From Candidatus Krumholzibacteriota bacterium (GTDB lineage Bacteria > Krumholzibacteriota > Krumholzibacteriia > JAJRXK01), in assembly GCA_963764625.1 (NCBI GenBank), contig CAVXTH010000009.1:896001-960000 (forward strand): a stretch of 64,000 bases of DNA, read 5' to 3'. The translations under genes were made by a program, and so were the position numbers. This document shows, in pieces, positions 9,907 through 21,362 of this stretch (position 1 is the stretch's first letter; every line of letters starts with the position of its first letter). The notes under the pieces were generated by a model. That model worked only from the letters and a program-made list of their open reading frames with translations. It was not told where the DNA came from and made no database searches.

Positions 9907-9934
9907 CCCTCAGCGCGATCGTTTCACCCGATAA

Positions 9935-9974
9935 GAGCGCCCCCGGCCCAAGCCGGGGGCGTTTCGTCGTCTTT
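9935..9974 (+). terminator. Intrinsic terminator
   Basis: GCGCCCCCGGC-ccaa-GCCGGGGGCGT then TTCGTCGTCTTT. Confidence 0.75.
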
Positions 9975-9995
9975 GAGCCCAAAGAGGGGTCTTCC

Positions 9996-10050
9996 CGGCA
10001 CGTACCCTGCTTTCTCGTGGCTTGCAGGGCCCTGAGAACTGGGATAACTT
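9996..10050 (+). promoter_or_regulatory. Tandem sigma54-like and sigma70-like promoter candidates for phoH operon
   Basis: CGGCACGTACCCTGCT (9996-10011); TTGCAG-17 nt-TAACTT (10022-10050). Confidence 0.4.
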
Positions 10051-10133
10051 TCAGCCAGGGACTCCGCTTTCTGAATGCACGAGCCCAATCCAGTGGCTTG
10101 GGGAGTTCCCCTTTTCCCGCGGCACCGCCCTCG

Positions 10134-11123
10134 ATGAACGAGAAGCGAACCACCATTTCCCTGAAGGGCCTGGACCTCCTCGATTTCCTGGGCCAACAGG
10201 ATGCTAATCTGCGCCGTCTGGAAGAACGCTTCGAGGGCACTCTAGTCGTTCGCGGCGACTCCCTGATCCTCAAAGGCGAAGCCTCGCGCGTCGATGCCAT
10301 GGAGAGGGCAATGGCCGAGGTTCTGCGTTGGGCCCACGAGGGTCGCCGGATCGACCCGGAGAGCATCGACCGGATCCTGGCCGGGGAGGCTCCTCGGCTG
10401 AAGGGGGAGGCGGCGGAAGGTCTTCACCTGCACGGGAATCGCCGGGTGACGATCCATCCCCGCACGCAGGGACAGGCGCGCTACCTCGAGGCGGTCCGGC
10501 ATCACGACGTGGTGTTCGCGGTGGGTCCGGCGGGCACGGGAAAGACCTACCTCGCGGTGGTTCTCGCCCTCTCTGCACTGCAGAACCGCGAGGTGGAGAG
10601 GATCTTCCTGGTGCGTCCCGCAGTTGAGGCGGGCGAGCAGCTCGGGTTCTTGCCCGGAGATCTCCAGGAGAAAGTGGATCCCTACCTTCGCCCGCTTCAC
10701 GACGCCCTCAACGAGTGTCTGGGCGCCTCCCGCCTGGCGCGGATCCTCGCCAACGGAACCATCGAGGTGGCGCCGCTCGCCTACATGAGAGGTCGTACTC
10801 TGAATCACGCGTTCGTCATTCTGGATGAGGGTCAGAATACGACACTGGGTCAAATGAAGATGTTTCTCACTCGCATCGGCGAGGGCACTCGTGCCATCGT
10901 CACCGGTGACATCACCCAGATCGACATCACGCAACCGCAGGACAGCGGACTGGTGCGGGTGCGATCGATCATCAAGGACGTGCCGGGAGTGAGCTTCATC
11001 GATCTCGACGAGAGAGACGTGGTCCGTCACCCGCTCGTCCGCCGCATCGTGGCGGCGTTCGAGGAGAATGCCAACTCGAACGGACGTGGGGGCAACCAGC
11101 TTGGCTCGGAGGCTTCGCAATGA
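10134..11123 (+). CDS. phoH: PhoH family ATPase
   Basis: GPAGTGKT Walker A, RPAVEAGEQLGFLPGDL, YMRGRTL, LDEGQN, GDITQID. Confidence 0.95.
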   Translation: MNEKRTTISLKGLDLLDFLGQQDANLRRLEERFEGTLVVRGDSLILKGEASRVDAMERAMAEVLRWAHEGRRIDPESIDRILAGEAPRLKGEAAEGLHLHGNRRVTIHPRTQGQARYLEAVRHHDVVFAVGPAGTGKTYLAVVLALSALQNREVERIFLVRPAVEAGEQLGFLPGDLQEKVDPYLRPLHDALNECLGASRLARILANGTIEVAPLAYMRGRTLNHAFVILDEGQNTTLGQMKMFLTRIGEGTRAIVTGDITQIDITQPQDSGLVRVRSIIKDVPGVSFIDLDERDVVRHPLVRRIVAAFEENANSNGRGGNQLGSEASQ

Positions 11124-13414
11124 GATCGTGGAGGAAAGCCATCCGCATGTCTTCCCAGGGCGAGAGGGAGGATGCGAACGCACGTTGGTGGAGAGCGGGG
11201 CTGAACTTCCGTGCGATCCTGACCTATGGTCTGCCGCTCTTGGCGATCATGGCGCTTCATATGTTGCTCTTTCCTCCGATCCGCACCGCTCCCAGCCTCA
11301 AGCTGGAAGTGGGAGACATCACCGAACACGAGATTCGCGCCCCCTTCCGCTTCAGTGCGCCCCGGCCGCGGCGGGAATTGGAGGCGGCTCGCCTGGAGGC
11401 TTCGCGCCGGGTCGAGCCGGTCTACCTCCACGAGACGGAGGCGGAGAAGCACTCCAAGGACGAAGTTGCGCGCTTCTTGAGCCGCGTCAAATTGCTGGCT
11501 ACATCGGACAGCCTCAGCCTCGCGAAGAAAGTGGATGCGCTTCAGTCCGATTTCCGCGGGATCTCGTCCGAAGATCTGCGGTGGCTATTGACCGGAGGCA
11601 ACGCCGAGCGGAAATCGAATGCGATCGCGAGCCTGGCCGAGAAACTTCTCGACCGTGGTATCGTCGACACCACTCCGAGAGGCAACTACAGCCTCGTTCA
11701 CGTCATCGATCCGGATAGTCTGGAGGACAGGGTGGAAGAGGTCGATGATCTGGTGCTCGGCTATCGGCAGGGGGAGGCAGCGCGCAAGGAAGCGGGCGAG
11801 TATTTCCGCCGGGCCGACGAGAGAGTCGCCGTGGCCGCGATCCTGGCATACCTGCTCACACCCAATCTCTCGTACGACGACGCGCGCACCGAAGATCAGA
11901 GGAGTATGGCGGTGGCGGCGGTGCCCACGACTCGCGAATTCGCTCGTAACGAGCGCATTCTCGACAGCGGGGTGCGGGTCAATCGGGAAGACCTCGCCGT
12001 CTTGACCGCGCTGGAGGAAGCACGTCGTGAACGCGCCTTCGCCTCGAACAAGGGCGTCGCGCTGCGCCTTCGCACCGGCAGGGCGATCCTAGTGCTCTCT
12101 CTCCTGCTCGGACTCTGTCTCAGCTTGAGCGGGAGGCATCGCCGGCAACTGAGCGAATACCGGCGCTTCCTCGCGCTATGCGTGCTACTGGCCCTATACC
12201 TTTTGGTGAGTTGGGTCGCGTTGGGTCGCGGCGCGTACGGCCCCATCGTCATTCCCATCGTGATGCTGGTGATGCTGTCCACGATTCTCCAGGGGGAAGG
12301 CCCGGCCGCGCGCATGCTCCTGCTCTCGGTTCTTCTCATCGCGCTGCTCCCCAGCATTCCCTCTTCGATGCTCCTGGTGTGGATCGTGGCCGGTGCAACC
12401 GCCATGCGTATGGTGCGGAGGGTTCGCAACCGGAATCAGTTCTACAAGGCCATCGGCGTGGTCTCCATCGCCTATCTCGTCGCGGTCGGCGCGCTGCAGC
12501 TCGGCCAAGCGAACAGCCTACGGGAGTGGATCCGGCCGGTGCTGTGGGGAGTCGGGAGTGGAATCGTCAGCACCGCGCTCGCGCTCTTCCTCTTGCCGGT
12601 GTTCGAGAGCATCTTCGAAATCACGACGGATCTCACTTTGCTCGAATTGAGTGACCTCAATCATCCCCTCTTGCGAAGGATGGCGCTGGAGTCACCCGGG
12701 ACTTTCCATCACAGCCAGGTGGTGGGCACCCTGGCCGAGGCGGCCGGTCGCGCGATCGACGCCAATTGTTTGCGCACCAGGGTGGGCGCGAACTACCACG
12801 ACATCGGTAAGCTGCTGAAGCCGAGATATTACGTGGAGAATCAAAAGGGCGGACCCAACGCCCACGACGATCTGTCTCCGCGGATGAGTGCATTGGTCAT
12901 CGCGGCGCACGTGAAGGATGGAGTGGAATTGGGCCGGCAGTGGGGTTTGCCCCAGGACGTCACCGATTTCATCCCCCAACACCATGGCACGAGCGTGATG
13001 CGTTACTTCTACCACAAAGCACTCGAACGGGATGACGGCGGAGCGGTGAAAGTGGAGGACTTCCGCTACCCCGGACCCAAGCCGCAATCGAAGGAAACCG
13101 CTATCGTCATGCTCGCCGACGGAGTCGAGGCCGGAACGCGCTCGCTTCGTCGTCCCACTCCCAGCCGGATCCGGGAAATGGTCAAGGGAATCATCGAGCG
13201 CAGAATGGAAGAAGGAGAACTCGACGATTGCACTCTGACCATGCGAGACATCTCGCGAATCCGAGAGGCATTCGTGCCGATTCTGGTGGGCATTCACCAC
13301 CAGCGCGTCGCCTATCCGGGCCAGAAAGAGCATGAGGACAAGAAGGAGAAGGAAAGCGTTGAAACTCGAGCTCGCGGTCGACGGGGACAGGACTCCGTGG
13401 CGACCAGACGCTGA
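11120..13414 (+). CDS. 7TM-HD (HDIG) phosphohydrolase, PgpH-like
   Basis: Extracellular domain, multiple TMs, PGTFHHS, YHDIGK, HHGT, MLADGVEA; phoH-HD-ybeY synteny. Confidence 0.92.
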   Translation: MRSWRKAIRMSSQGEREDANARWWRAGLNFRAILTYGLPLLAIMALHMLLFPPIRTAPSLKLEVGDITEHEIRAPFRFSAPRPRRELEAARLEASRRVEPVYLHETEAEKHSKDEVARFLSRVKLLATSDSLSLAKKVDALQSDFRGISSEDLRWLLTGGNAERKSNAIASLAEKLLDRGIVDTTPRGNYSLVHVIDPDSLEDRVEEVDDLVLGYRQGEAARKEAGEYFRRADERVAVAAILAYLLTPNLSYDDARTEDQRSMAVAAVPTTREFARNERILDSGVRVNREDLAVLTALEEARRERAFASNKGVALRLRTGRAILVLSLLLGLCLSLSGRHRRQLSEYRRFLALCVLLALYLLVSWVALGRGAYGPIVIPIVMLVMLSTILQGEGPAARMLLLSVLLIALLPSIPSSMLLVWIVAGATAMRMVRRVRNRNQFYKAIGVVSIAYLVAVGALQLGQANSLREWIRPVLWGVGSGIVSTALALFLLPVFESIFEITTDLTLLELSDLNHPLLRRMALESPGTFHHSQVVGTLAEAAGRAIDANCLRTRVGANYHDIGKLLKPRYYVENQKGGPNAHDDLSPRMSALVIAAHVKDGVELGRQWGLPQDVTDFIPQHHGTSVMRYFYHKALERDDGGAVKVEDFRYPGPKPQSKETAIVMLADGVEAGTRSLRRPTPSRIREMVKGIIERRMEEGELDDCTLTMRDISRIREAFVPILVGIHHQRVAYPGQKEHEDKKEKESVETRARGRRGQDSVATRR

Positions 13415-13889
13415 GACGGAGAGCGATCTCCGCGAGATGCTGGCTGCCTGGGGCCCCACCGACGGGATTCTCGAAGTCGTGCTCACCGACGACCGGGTGA
13501 TCCGCGAGCTCAATCGTCGGTATCGGCAGAAGGACCGAGCGACCGACGTTCTCTCGTTTTCCTATCTGGAAGGCCATGAATCCTCCCGGGAAGAATTGCT
13601 TAAAGCCGACCGTCTGGCTCGTGACTTCTGCTCCGAATCGCTGGATGGCGAGGTTCTGGTCGGTCAAGTTCTCATCAGCGTGGAAACGATGAGAGGACGA
13701 GATGTTCGGCCCGAGCACACCGACGGGGAAGAATTCCATTTTCTCGCGGTCCACGGGATGCTTCATACTCTGGGGTACGATCACGCCCGTGAGGAGGACG
13801 CACGGGAGATGGAGAGGGCACAGGAAGCCATTCTCTCTTCACATCGAATTCCCAGTCCCGGAGAGTCAAAAGGAGGCGCGAGTACGTGA
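13359..13889 (+). CDS. ybeY: rRNA maturation endoribonuclease YbeY
   Basis: LNRRYRQKDRATDVLSF, HGMLHTLGYDH. Confidence 0.92.
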   Translation: MKLELAVDGDRTPWRPDAETESDLREMLAAWGPTDGILEVVLTDDRVIRELNRRYRQKDRATDVLSFSYLEGHESSREELLKADRLARDFCSESLDGEVLVGQVLISVETMRGRDVRPEHTDGEEFHFLAVHGMLHTLGYDHAREEDAREMERAQEAILSSHRIPSPGESKGGAST

Positions 13890-15196
13890 ACGAAGGCGAT
13901 CTGGATCGCGGGCTCATCGGATCGGATCTCTTGCTCTTTTTGAGTGGGCTCCTGCTCTGTTTCTTGGTGGCCGGAATGATCAGCAGCTACGTCACGCTCT
14001 TGCGCATGCGGCGTGAGGGATTGATCGGCGATTCGGATCTTCCCCGCGCGGTTCGTGGTCTCATGGGGCGTTCCAAGGACTTGCTCCTGGCGCTCGCGAC
14101 GGCCCACCTCGTCGCCGCCTGTCTCGCGGCCGGCCTGCTCCTGCGGGGCATGAACGCCCTCGGGTGGCCGTCTCTCTTGGTGGTCCTGGGCTGGATCGCG
14201 TTCTTCGCCGTCTTGATCCTGGGCAGTCTTCTCTTCAAGTCGGCCGCGCTCACAAAGCCCGTCGCGTTCGCGCGCGCCACCCTCGCTCTGGCTTCTCTGC
14301 TGCTCTGGATCTTCATGCCTTTTACCCGGCTGCTTTGGTTCCTGGTGGCCAGGCGTGCCCCCGAACTGGGAGCGATGGACATCTCTCCTCCCCTGAGCGG
14401 AGGGGAGCTGCGCGCGATATTGGCCGACGAAGACGCTGAGGTCGAAATGGAGGAGGAGGAGCGCGATCTGGTGCGCTCCATCTTTGATCTGAGAGATACC
14501 GAGATTCGCGAGATCATGGTTCCGCGGGTGGACGTGAAAGGGCTCGACGTGAACACGAGCTTCGCCGACGCGGAGAGTTTCGCGGTGAACCAGCCCTACA
14601 CTCGCCTGCCGGTCTGGGAGCAGAATCAGGATACGATCCTGGGCATCCTGCACACGAAGGATCTACTGGTGGCGCGGGTGAGGAGCGAGACCCCGACTCT
14701 GAGGCAGCTGCTTCGCCCCGTTCACTTCCTGCCCGAGAGCAAGAGCGTCGACGAGGCTCTGCGGGAGTTTCGCGAACAGAGGGTGCACCTCGCGGTGGTG
14801 GTGGACGAGTACGGCGGCACGGCGGGGATCGTGACGATGGAGGACATTCTGGAGGAGATCGTCGGCGAGATCCGGGACGAATTCGATCAAGAGGGCGAAC
14901 GCATCCGAGTGCTCGACGACCACCACGTGGTCCTCGACCCTCGCGTCGATCTGGACGATCTGAACGAGGAGTTGGGAATTACTCTACCCACCCAGGACAG
15001 TGACACCTTGGGCGGGTTCCTCTACGCGGAATTGGGAAAAGTTCCCAGTCGGGGTGACAGCGTGGAGTACGAAGGGCTGCGCTTCACCATCGACCGGGTG
15101 GAACGACAGCGCATGCTCCAGGTAACCCTCGTGAGCAAGCGAATCCTCGCTCCCCGCGAGGAGGGCAACGGCTCGACCGCGGAGCAGGAATCATGA
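13886..15196 (+). CDS. Hemolysin/CorC (CNNM-type) CBS transporter-associated protein
   Basis: N-terminal TMs; [49 protein letters not shown]. Confidence 0.92.
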   Translation: MNEGDLDRGLIGSDLLLFLSGLLLCFLVAGMISSYVTLLRMRREGLIGDSDLPRAVRGLMGRSKDLLLALATAHLVAACLAAGLLLRGMNALGWPSLLVVLGWIAFFAVLILGSLLFKSAALTKPVAFARATLALASLLLWIFMPFTRLLWFLVARRAPELGAMDISPPLSGGELRAILADEDAEVEMEEEERDLVRSIFDLRDTEIREIMVPRVDVKGLDVNTSFADAESFAVNQPYTRLPVWEQNQDTILGILHTKDLLVARVRSETPTLRQLLRPVHFLPESKSVDEALREFREQRVHLAVVVDEYGGTAGIVTMEDILEEIVGEIRDEFDQEGERIRVLDDHHVVLDPRVDLDDLNEELGITLPTQDSDTLGGFLYAELGKVPSRGDSVEYEGLRFTIDRVERQRMLQVTLVSKRILAPREEGNGSTAEQES

Positions 15197-15864
15197 GGTC
15201 CCCTTTCCGCGGATTCCGCCGGGCCTTTCTCACCGGACTCGTGGTGATCATTCCGGTCGTAGTCACGTTTTGGGTGATCTGGATCATCGTTCGCACCGCG
15301 GATGGATGGCTTGGACCGTCGATCGCGCGCACCCCCTGGCTCCATGGACATTTGCCGCAGATCGGGGGCACCGCCCTCGGGTTGATCGCGGCCATATTAC
15401 TCATCAGTGCGGTGGGGGCGATGGCGAACAGCCTCTTCGGAAGAGCCGTACTGGGGGCCTTCGATCGTCTGGTCACGAGGATCCCTTTTCTCAAGGGCAT
15501 CTATACCGCGACAAAAGAACTCACCAGCGTTCTCTTCTCCGCACAGAGCCGTGCCTTTCGCAAGGTCGTCCTCTTCGAATACCCTCGGCGTGGCTCGTGG
15601 AGCCTCGGTTTCGTAACCAACGAACTTCCCGATTCCCAGGGAGGAGGACTCTATCACCTCTTCCTACCCACCACACCGAACCCCACCAGTGGCTATTTCT
15701 TGCTGATTCCGTACGAAGATGCTATTCAGCTTGACATCTCCATCGAAGAGGGCCTCAAGATGGTGATCTCGGGTGGCGCGGTAGTTTCTCCTCGAGGCCG
15801 TGAGCTGGTACTCGAGGGAATCACCTCTCATCCGCGTCGTGCTGGCGGCGCCAGCGATGTTTAG
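15193..15864 (+). CDS. DUF502 family membrane protein
   Basis: FLTGLVVIIP, RIPFLKGIY, EYPRRG, FLPTTPNPTSG. Confidence 0.9.
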   Translation: MRSPFRGFRRAFLTGLVVIIPVVVTFWVIWIIVRTADGWLGPSIARTPWLHGHLPQIGGTALGLIAAILLISAVGAMANSLFGRAVLGAFDRLVTRIPFLKGIYTATKELTSVLFSAQSRAFRKVVLFEYPRRGSWSLGFVTNELPDSQGGGLYHLFLPTTPNPTSGYFLLIPYEDAIQLDISIEEGLKMVISGGAVVSPRGRELVLEGITSHPRRAGGASDV

Positions 15865-15886
15865 ACCCTAGCTCTAGAAAAGAGAA

Positions 15887-17245
15887 ATGCTCGAAGATCT
15901 TGAAGCTCTTTTCCAGCAGATCCTCGAGCGCTTCGAGGCGGACGACGTTGCCGGAGCGGCCCGTCTCCTCCTGGACCTCACGCCCGCCGATGTCGCCGAC
16001 GTACTCCGCGGCTTCGAACATGAACGCAAAGTCGCGGTCCTCAGAGTGCTTCCCGCGGAAGTCGCTGCCGCGATCCTCACCGAACTCGATGAACGCAGTC
16101 TGCCCGATCTCCTGGATCTGCTCAAAGACCGGGAAATCGTGGAAATGCTCGATGAACTCGACAGCGACGACGCGGCCGACGTCGTGGCACAGATGGAAGA
16201 CGACCAGGCCGTACGCGTCGTCGACTTGCTGGACAAGGTCGACCATCAGGACGCGGTCGAGCTCTCCGAGCTCTTGCGCTACCCCGAAGACTCCGCCGGT
16301 GGAGTTATGGCCAAGGAGTTCCTCTCGGCGGGAGAGGGCCAGACGATTGGGAAGATCGCCGAAGGTCTTCGTCGCCTGGGAGAAGAGGAGCTTCTCACGC
16401 ATCAGTTCGTCTTCGTCGTCGACGACAAAGGACGCCTCCTGGGTCAGATTCCCATCGTCAAGATTTTCATTCTCAGACCGGACGAACGCGCCTCGGAGGC
16501 CATGAACCCTAATCCGGTCTCCATCGAAGTGATGGAGGATCAGGAGAAAGTGGCCCAGGTGTTTCGCAGGCGCGATTTGCTGTCGTTGGCGGTCGTCGAC
16601 GCCAACGGACGACTCGTGGGGCGAATCACCGTCGACGATGTGATCGACGTCATGACCGAGGAAGCGACCGAAGACATGGCGCGCTTCGCCGGCTCCAGCG
16701 AGGACGAGTTCGGAGAGACCTCGGTGAAGGCCATCTCGCGGGCCCGGCTTCCCTGGCTACTGATGGGTTTGGGGGGCGAACTGATCTCGGCCCTGGTGAT
16801 TTCCCGCTTTCAGTCTGGCCTGCAGACAAAAGTCATTCTGGCCTTCTTCATTCCTCTGGTCATGGCAACCGGCGGAAATTCCGGAGTGCAGACTTCCTCG
16901 AATCTCATTCGAGCCCTGGCCACCGGCGATTTCGATCGCTTCCGTGCGCGCCGGCACATTGCGCGTGAGGTATTCGTCGGATTGCTCAATGGTTTTCTGC
17001 TCGGGGCCATCCTGGTCGTGACTTTGGTCCTCTTCCGGCAGGATCCGGCCGTGGGCTTCGTGATCGGCCTGGCTCTGATGTGTGTCGTGGTCGTTGCCAG
17101 TTCGATTGGCACCATCGTGCCTCTGGTCCTGAACTGGGCGGGAATCGACCCGGCTCTCGCCACCGGACCCTTCATCACGACGAGCAACGACGTGCTGGGA
17201 CTCTTGGTCTACCTGAGCCTCGCCCACAAGTTTCTCGGACTGTAG
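15887..17245 (+). CDS. mgtE: Magnesium transporter MgtE
   Basis: DSDDAAD, YPEDSAGGVM, ARLPWL, GGNSGVQ, DPALATGPFITT. Confidence 0.95.
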   Translation: MLEDLEALFQQILERFEADDVAGAARLLLDLTPADVADVLRGFEHERKVAVLRVLPAEVAAAILTELDERSLPDLLDLLKDREIVEMLDELDSDDAADVVAQMEDDQAVRVVDLLDKVDHQDAVELSELLRYPEDSAGGVMAKEFLSAGEGQTIGKIAEGLRRLGEEELLTHQFVFVVDDKGRLLGQIPIVKIFILRPDERASEAMNPNPVSIEVMEDQEKVAQVFRRRDLLSLAVVDANGRLVGRITVDDVIDVMTEEATEDMARFAGSSEDEFGETSVKAISRARLPWLLMGLGGELISALVISRFQSGLQTKVILAFFIPLVMATGGNSGVQTSSNLIRALATGDFDRFRARRHIAREVFVGLLNGFLLGAILVVTLVLFRQDPAVGFVIGLALMCVVVVASSIGTIVPLVLNWAGIDPALATGPFITTSNDVLGLLVYLSLAHKFLGL

Positions 17246-17271
17246 AGCCCTCGGGTTTGGGGGAAGAGCTC

Positions 17272-18054
17272 ATGCGTGGCGCAGCCTGCCGGGACGAGGG
17301 CGTCATCCTTCGAACTCTCAAGTTGGGGGAGACCTCCCGCATCGTGAGTGTGCTCAGTCACGAGCATGGCAAGGTCAAACTGGTGGCGAAGGGTGTGCGC
17401 CGGCCGAACTCTCCTCTGGCCGGCATCCTCGAACCCGGCAACGAAGTCGAGCTCTTGTTCTACCCGCGCAAGGACCGCGAACTCTGGACGATGAGCGAGG
17501 CGAGTCTGCTGCGGGCCAGCTTGACGGGAGAAAGCAGCCTCGATAAGCTCTCGTACTTGCTCGCCGCTTTGGAGCTCGCGGATCGTCTGCTTCCCGAGAG
17601 GGAGCCCGATGCGCAGATCGCGGCTGTCTTTCGCGGCTATCTGGATCGCTGGCATCTCGAGGGGCCTCAGGCCATGGCGGCCCTGTTCTTCGCGTTGGAA
17701 GCGCGACTCTTGTGGAACCTGGGGTTGGGTTTAAATCTTCACTCCTGCGGGGTCTGCGGCGCTTCGCTCGAGGAATCCGAAGCGGCGTTCTTTCGTCCTT
17801 CGGAGGGCGATCTGAGTTGTACGCGCTGCGCCATGGGAACGGGCAAGAGAGTGAGCGCGGAGGAACTTGGGGTCTGGCGCGGGCTGGACGAGGTGCTGGA
17901 CGGAAACGAGGCCATCGCATTGAGTGAGTCGCAACGGAGACAGATCGGTAAGTGCCTTCATCTGCACATGAGCTACCACCTGTCCCACTACAAGATTCCC
18001 AAGGCTCTGTACTGGCTCAGCGATCTCCGCGGCGAAGAAGGAGCAGAGCGGTGA
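17272..18054 (+). CDS. recO: DNA repair protein RecO
   Basis: [25 protein letters not shown]; CxxC..CxxC zinc site; recO-glyQ synteny. Confidence 0.9.
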   Translation: MRGAACRDEGVILRTLKLGETSRIVSVLSHEHGKVKLVAKGVRRPNSPLAGILEPGNEVELLFYPRKDRELWTMSEASLLRASLTGESSLDKLSYLLAALELADRLLPEREPDAQIAAVFRGYLDRWHLEGPQAMAALFFALEARLLWNLGLGLNLHSCGVCGASLEESEAAFFRPSEGDLSCTRCAMGTGKRVSAEELGVWRGLDEVLDGNEAIALSESQRRQIGKCLHLHMSYHLSHYKIPKALYWLSDLRGEEGAER

Positions 18055-18935
18055 CGAGCTACCAGTCGATGATCCACGACCTTCAGAAATACTGGATGGC
18101 GCATGGCTGCATCATCGTGCAGCCCTACAATTCCGAAGTCGGAGCGGGAACCTTCAACCCGAACACCTTCCTTCGTTGTCTGGGCCCAGAGCCCTGGAGC
18201 TGCGCCTATCTCGAACCGTCCAAGCGACCCAAAGACGGACGCTACGGGGAGAATCCGAATCGAGTGCAACAATTCCTTCAGTACCAGGTGCTACTCAAGC
18301 CGGCTCCACAGGACGTGCAGGACCTCTATTTGAAGAGCCTACAAACCATCGGAATCGATCCTCGCGACCACGACATCCGCTTCGTGGAGGACGACTGGGA
18401 GAGCCCGACTCTGGGAGCATCGGGTCTGGGGTGGGAGGTCTGGTTGGACGGGATGGAGGTGACCCAGTTCACCTACTTCCAGCAGTGCGGTGGACTCGAG
18501 CTGGAACCGGTGAGCTGCGAACTCACCTATGGCCTCCTCCGTTTGGCGATGTACATCCAGGATTGTGATCACGTCATGGATCTAGATTGGGGCGCGGGCG
18601 TCAGCTGGGGAGAGGTGAACGGTCAAGCCGAACGGGAGTTCAGCGAATTCAATTTCAAGTGCGTTGATGCACAACTCTACTTTCGCTGGTTCGAGGAGCG
18701 GGAGAAGGAGGCTGAGATCCTCCTGGAGAAGGGGCTGGTCTTTCCCGGTTACGACGCGGTGACGAAATGCAGTCACTATTTCAACCTGCTGGAGGCAAGC
18801 GGAGCCATCAGCGTGACCGAGCGCACGGGTTACATCGCTCGTGTGCGCAGACTCGCCCGGCTCGCGGCGAAGGCCTATGTGGCCAAGCGAGAGGAAATGG
18901 GATTTCCTCTGCTGAAGAAGGTGCGTCATGGATAG
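18051..18935 (+). CDS. glyQ: Glycine--tRNA ligase alpha subunit
   Basis: [39 protein letters not shown]. Confidence 0.97.
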   Translation: MTSYQSMIHDLQKYWMAHGCIIVQPYNSEVGAGTFNPNTFLRCLGPEPWSCAYLEPSKRPKDGRYGENPNRVQQFLQYQVLLKPAPQDVQDLYLKSLQTIGIDPRDHDIRFVEDDWESPTLGASGLGWEVWLDGMEVTQFTYFQQCGGLELEPVSCELTYGLLRLAMYIQDCDHVMDLDWGAGVSWGEVNGQAEREFSEFNFKCVDAQLYFRWFEEREKEAEILLEKGLVFPGYDAVTKCSHYFNLLEASGAISVTERTGYIARVRRLARLAAKAYVAKREEMGFPLLKKVRHG

Positions 18936-21115
18936 AAACGACCTTCTGCTCGAAATCGGTAGCGAGGAAATTCCGGCCGGCTATCTCGATGCCGCCCGGC
19001 GCCGTCTGGAAAAGAACGTGGGTTCCTTCCTGAAGGAGAAGGGGATCGAGTTCGAAAGTCGTGAGGTGCAAAGCTTCGCCACTCCGCGAAGAATCGCGGT
19101 CCTGATCCGTGGGGTCGCACTTCAGACGCCCCGCCAGAAGAGTCTGAAACTCGGTCCCGCCGTGAGCGCCGCGTTCGATGGCGAAGGAAATCCGACCAAA
19201 GCGGTGCTGGGATTTCGCGCGTAGTGCAGGCGTGAGCGTGGAGGAGCTCAGCGTTTCGCCGGCGACAAAGGCGAGCGGCTCGGGATCGAGCAAGAGGTGG
19301 GAGGGGAGAGAACTTTCGATCTTCTCCAGGAGGAAGGTCTGCTCGCGCGCTGGATTAACCTCGGCTTTCCCAAGACCATGCGCTGGATTCCAGGAAGTGA
19401 CCTGGCCTACGCGCGGCCCATCCGTTGGTTGGTCTGCCTCTTGGGCGAGGAGGTCGTGCCGCTACGCTTGGGCGAGCTCGTGGCCGGCCGTGAAAGCCGG
19501 GGGCATCGAACCCTTCACCGCGGCGCAATCGACTTGCCCGATGCCGCGTCGTACGAAGCCACACTCGCCGAAGCTTCGGTCGTGGTACGTCCCGACCAGC
19601 GCCGTGAAATCATCGAATCACAGGCACGGCGTCTGGCCGGGGAGATCGATGGGCGGGTGTGCGAAGACAGCGAGCTACTTGGAAGAAATCGTCTACCTCG
19701 CCGAGCATCCGCACGGTTTGCGCGGGGACTATGACTCCTCCATGACCGAGGTGCTTCCGCGGGAAGTCATCGTCACCGCGATGCGGGCCCACCAGAGATA
19801 CTTCAGCGTCGAGTCCCTCCAAGGCGCGCTGATTCCCTGCTTTCTGACCTTTCGGGACGGGGGAGGCCATGGGCTGAAGAACGTCAAGGCGGGGAACGAG
19901 CGCGTACTACGGGCTCGTCTCGAGGACGCCGTCTTCTACTGGAACGAAGATCGCGCCGTCAGCAGTGAGGAAAAACTCCGACGCCTGGATTCGGTGGTTT
20001 GGATCGAAGGCTTCGGATCGGTGGGAGACAAGTGCCGACGAGTGGCCGCGCTCGCGTGCGAGCTCGGCCGAGTCATCATGCCAGATCTGGCGGAGGAAAC
20101 CGTCCGGCGCGCGGGCCTTCTTTCCAAGAGCGATCTGGCCACGGAGATGATCAAGGACGGTAAGGAGTTCACCAAACTGCAGGGGATCATGGGACGGTAC
20201 TACGCACTGGCCGCCGGCGAGAACAAAGAGGTGGCGGATGCGATCGCCGAGCATCTGCAACCGCGCTTCGCCGAGGACAGGTTGCCCGAAGGGAGATTGG
20301 GAAGTCTGGTGGCGCTCGCCGATCGCCTCGACACCATCGCGGGCTGTGTACTTGCGGGGTTCATTCCCACCGGCAGCCAGGATCCCTATGCGCTCCGGCG
20401 TCAGGCCCTGGCGGTTTTGCGCATCCTGAGCCAAAGCGAATTGAAGTGCGATCTCACCCACTGGATTCACGCGAGCCTTTCGAGCTACGGGCAAACCGAG
20501 AATCGGATGGAGGAAGCAGCCACCGTGATCACCGCCCTTTTCTGGAGCCGTCTGGAAACTCTTCTGCAGGAATTGCCGGTGGAGATCGTCCAGGCTGTGC
20601 TGTCCGTTTTCCCTCTCGATCCGGTGGAAAACGCGCGCGCGTGCAGAGACCTGGCTCGCCTGCAGGGGAGTGAGACCTTTCAAATGCTCATCGAGGGAGC
20701 TCGTCGCTGCCGGAACATCCTGGTGAAGGCGCAGCGCCTGCCGGAGGAATCCCTTCCCCCACAGGCGCGGGCCCAGGCGCTGCAAAATGAGTCCCGGGCG
20801 CGCTGGGAGGCGGCCAATCTGAAGTCCTACGATCCGGTGGAGGCGACGGAGCCGGCCGAGCAGAATCTGGTTCGGGCGGCCCAGCAAATCCTGCCGCGCC
20901 TCGCCAAGGCCCTGAAGGAAAGCACCTACACTCCCGCCTACGAGGCTCTGGCCGAATTGGCGCAGCCGATCGACCGCTACTTCGAGGAAGTCCTGGTTAA
21001 CGCCCCCGAACCCGCGGTTCGGGCGCGGCGTCTGGACTGGTTGGAATCTCTGCACTATCTTTTCGCGCGATTCGCTGATCTCAGTCGCCTTCCCTCGCTC
21101 GGAAAGGGGAGCTGA
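18928..21115 (+). CDS. glyS: Glycine--tRNA ligase beta subunit, split by frameshifts (~19210-19300, ~19680)
   Basis: [12 protein letters not shown] (18928 ORF), FPKTMRW/RPIRW (19297 ORF), [26 protein letters not shown] (19178 ORF). Confidence 0.92.
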
Positions 21116-21203
21116 GTAGCCCCCCGCCGCCCCGAGGGGTCGCACTGGGCTAAGCCACTGTCATCAAAGTAGTTTATCGTCCTTTGTCCGCCGGATGGAG
21201 GTA

Positions 21204-21233
21204 TTGACAGTGGCGCGGGCGAAGCCCTATATT
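21204..21233 (+). promoter_or_regulatory. sigma70-type promoter of lipoprotein cluster
   Basis: TTGACA-18 nt-TATATT. Confidence 0.55.
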
Positions 21234-21362
21234 TCCAGCGGCTTAAGCCGGAAGTTCGCGAATTGAACGGACCCCGTCCCCACCGGGTGTCGGATTGGTG
21301 AGCTGAAGATCCTAGAATCGCTCCCTTTGCTGGGTTTGAAGCCGAGGGGCTCGGGGAAGTCT

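Noticed and set aside
18928-21115. Programmed frameshifting or pseudogenisation of glyS, glyA, tatC and others
   Set aside because: No consistent slippery sites; many unrelated essential genes affected; sequencing indels are more parsimonious
21234-21362. Riboswitch or ncRNA in the leader of the lipoprotein cluster (also 8793-8901, 28558-28647)
   Set aside because: Only generic hairpins; no family motif recognised by eye. An Infernal/Rfam scan would be needed to exclude it
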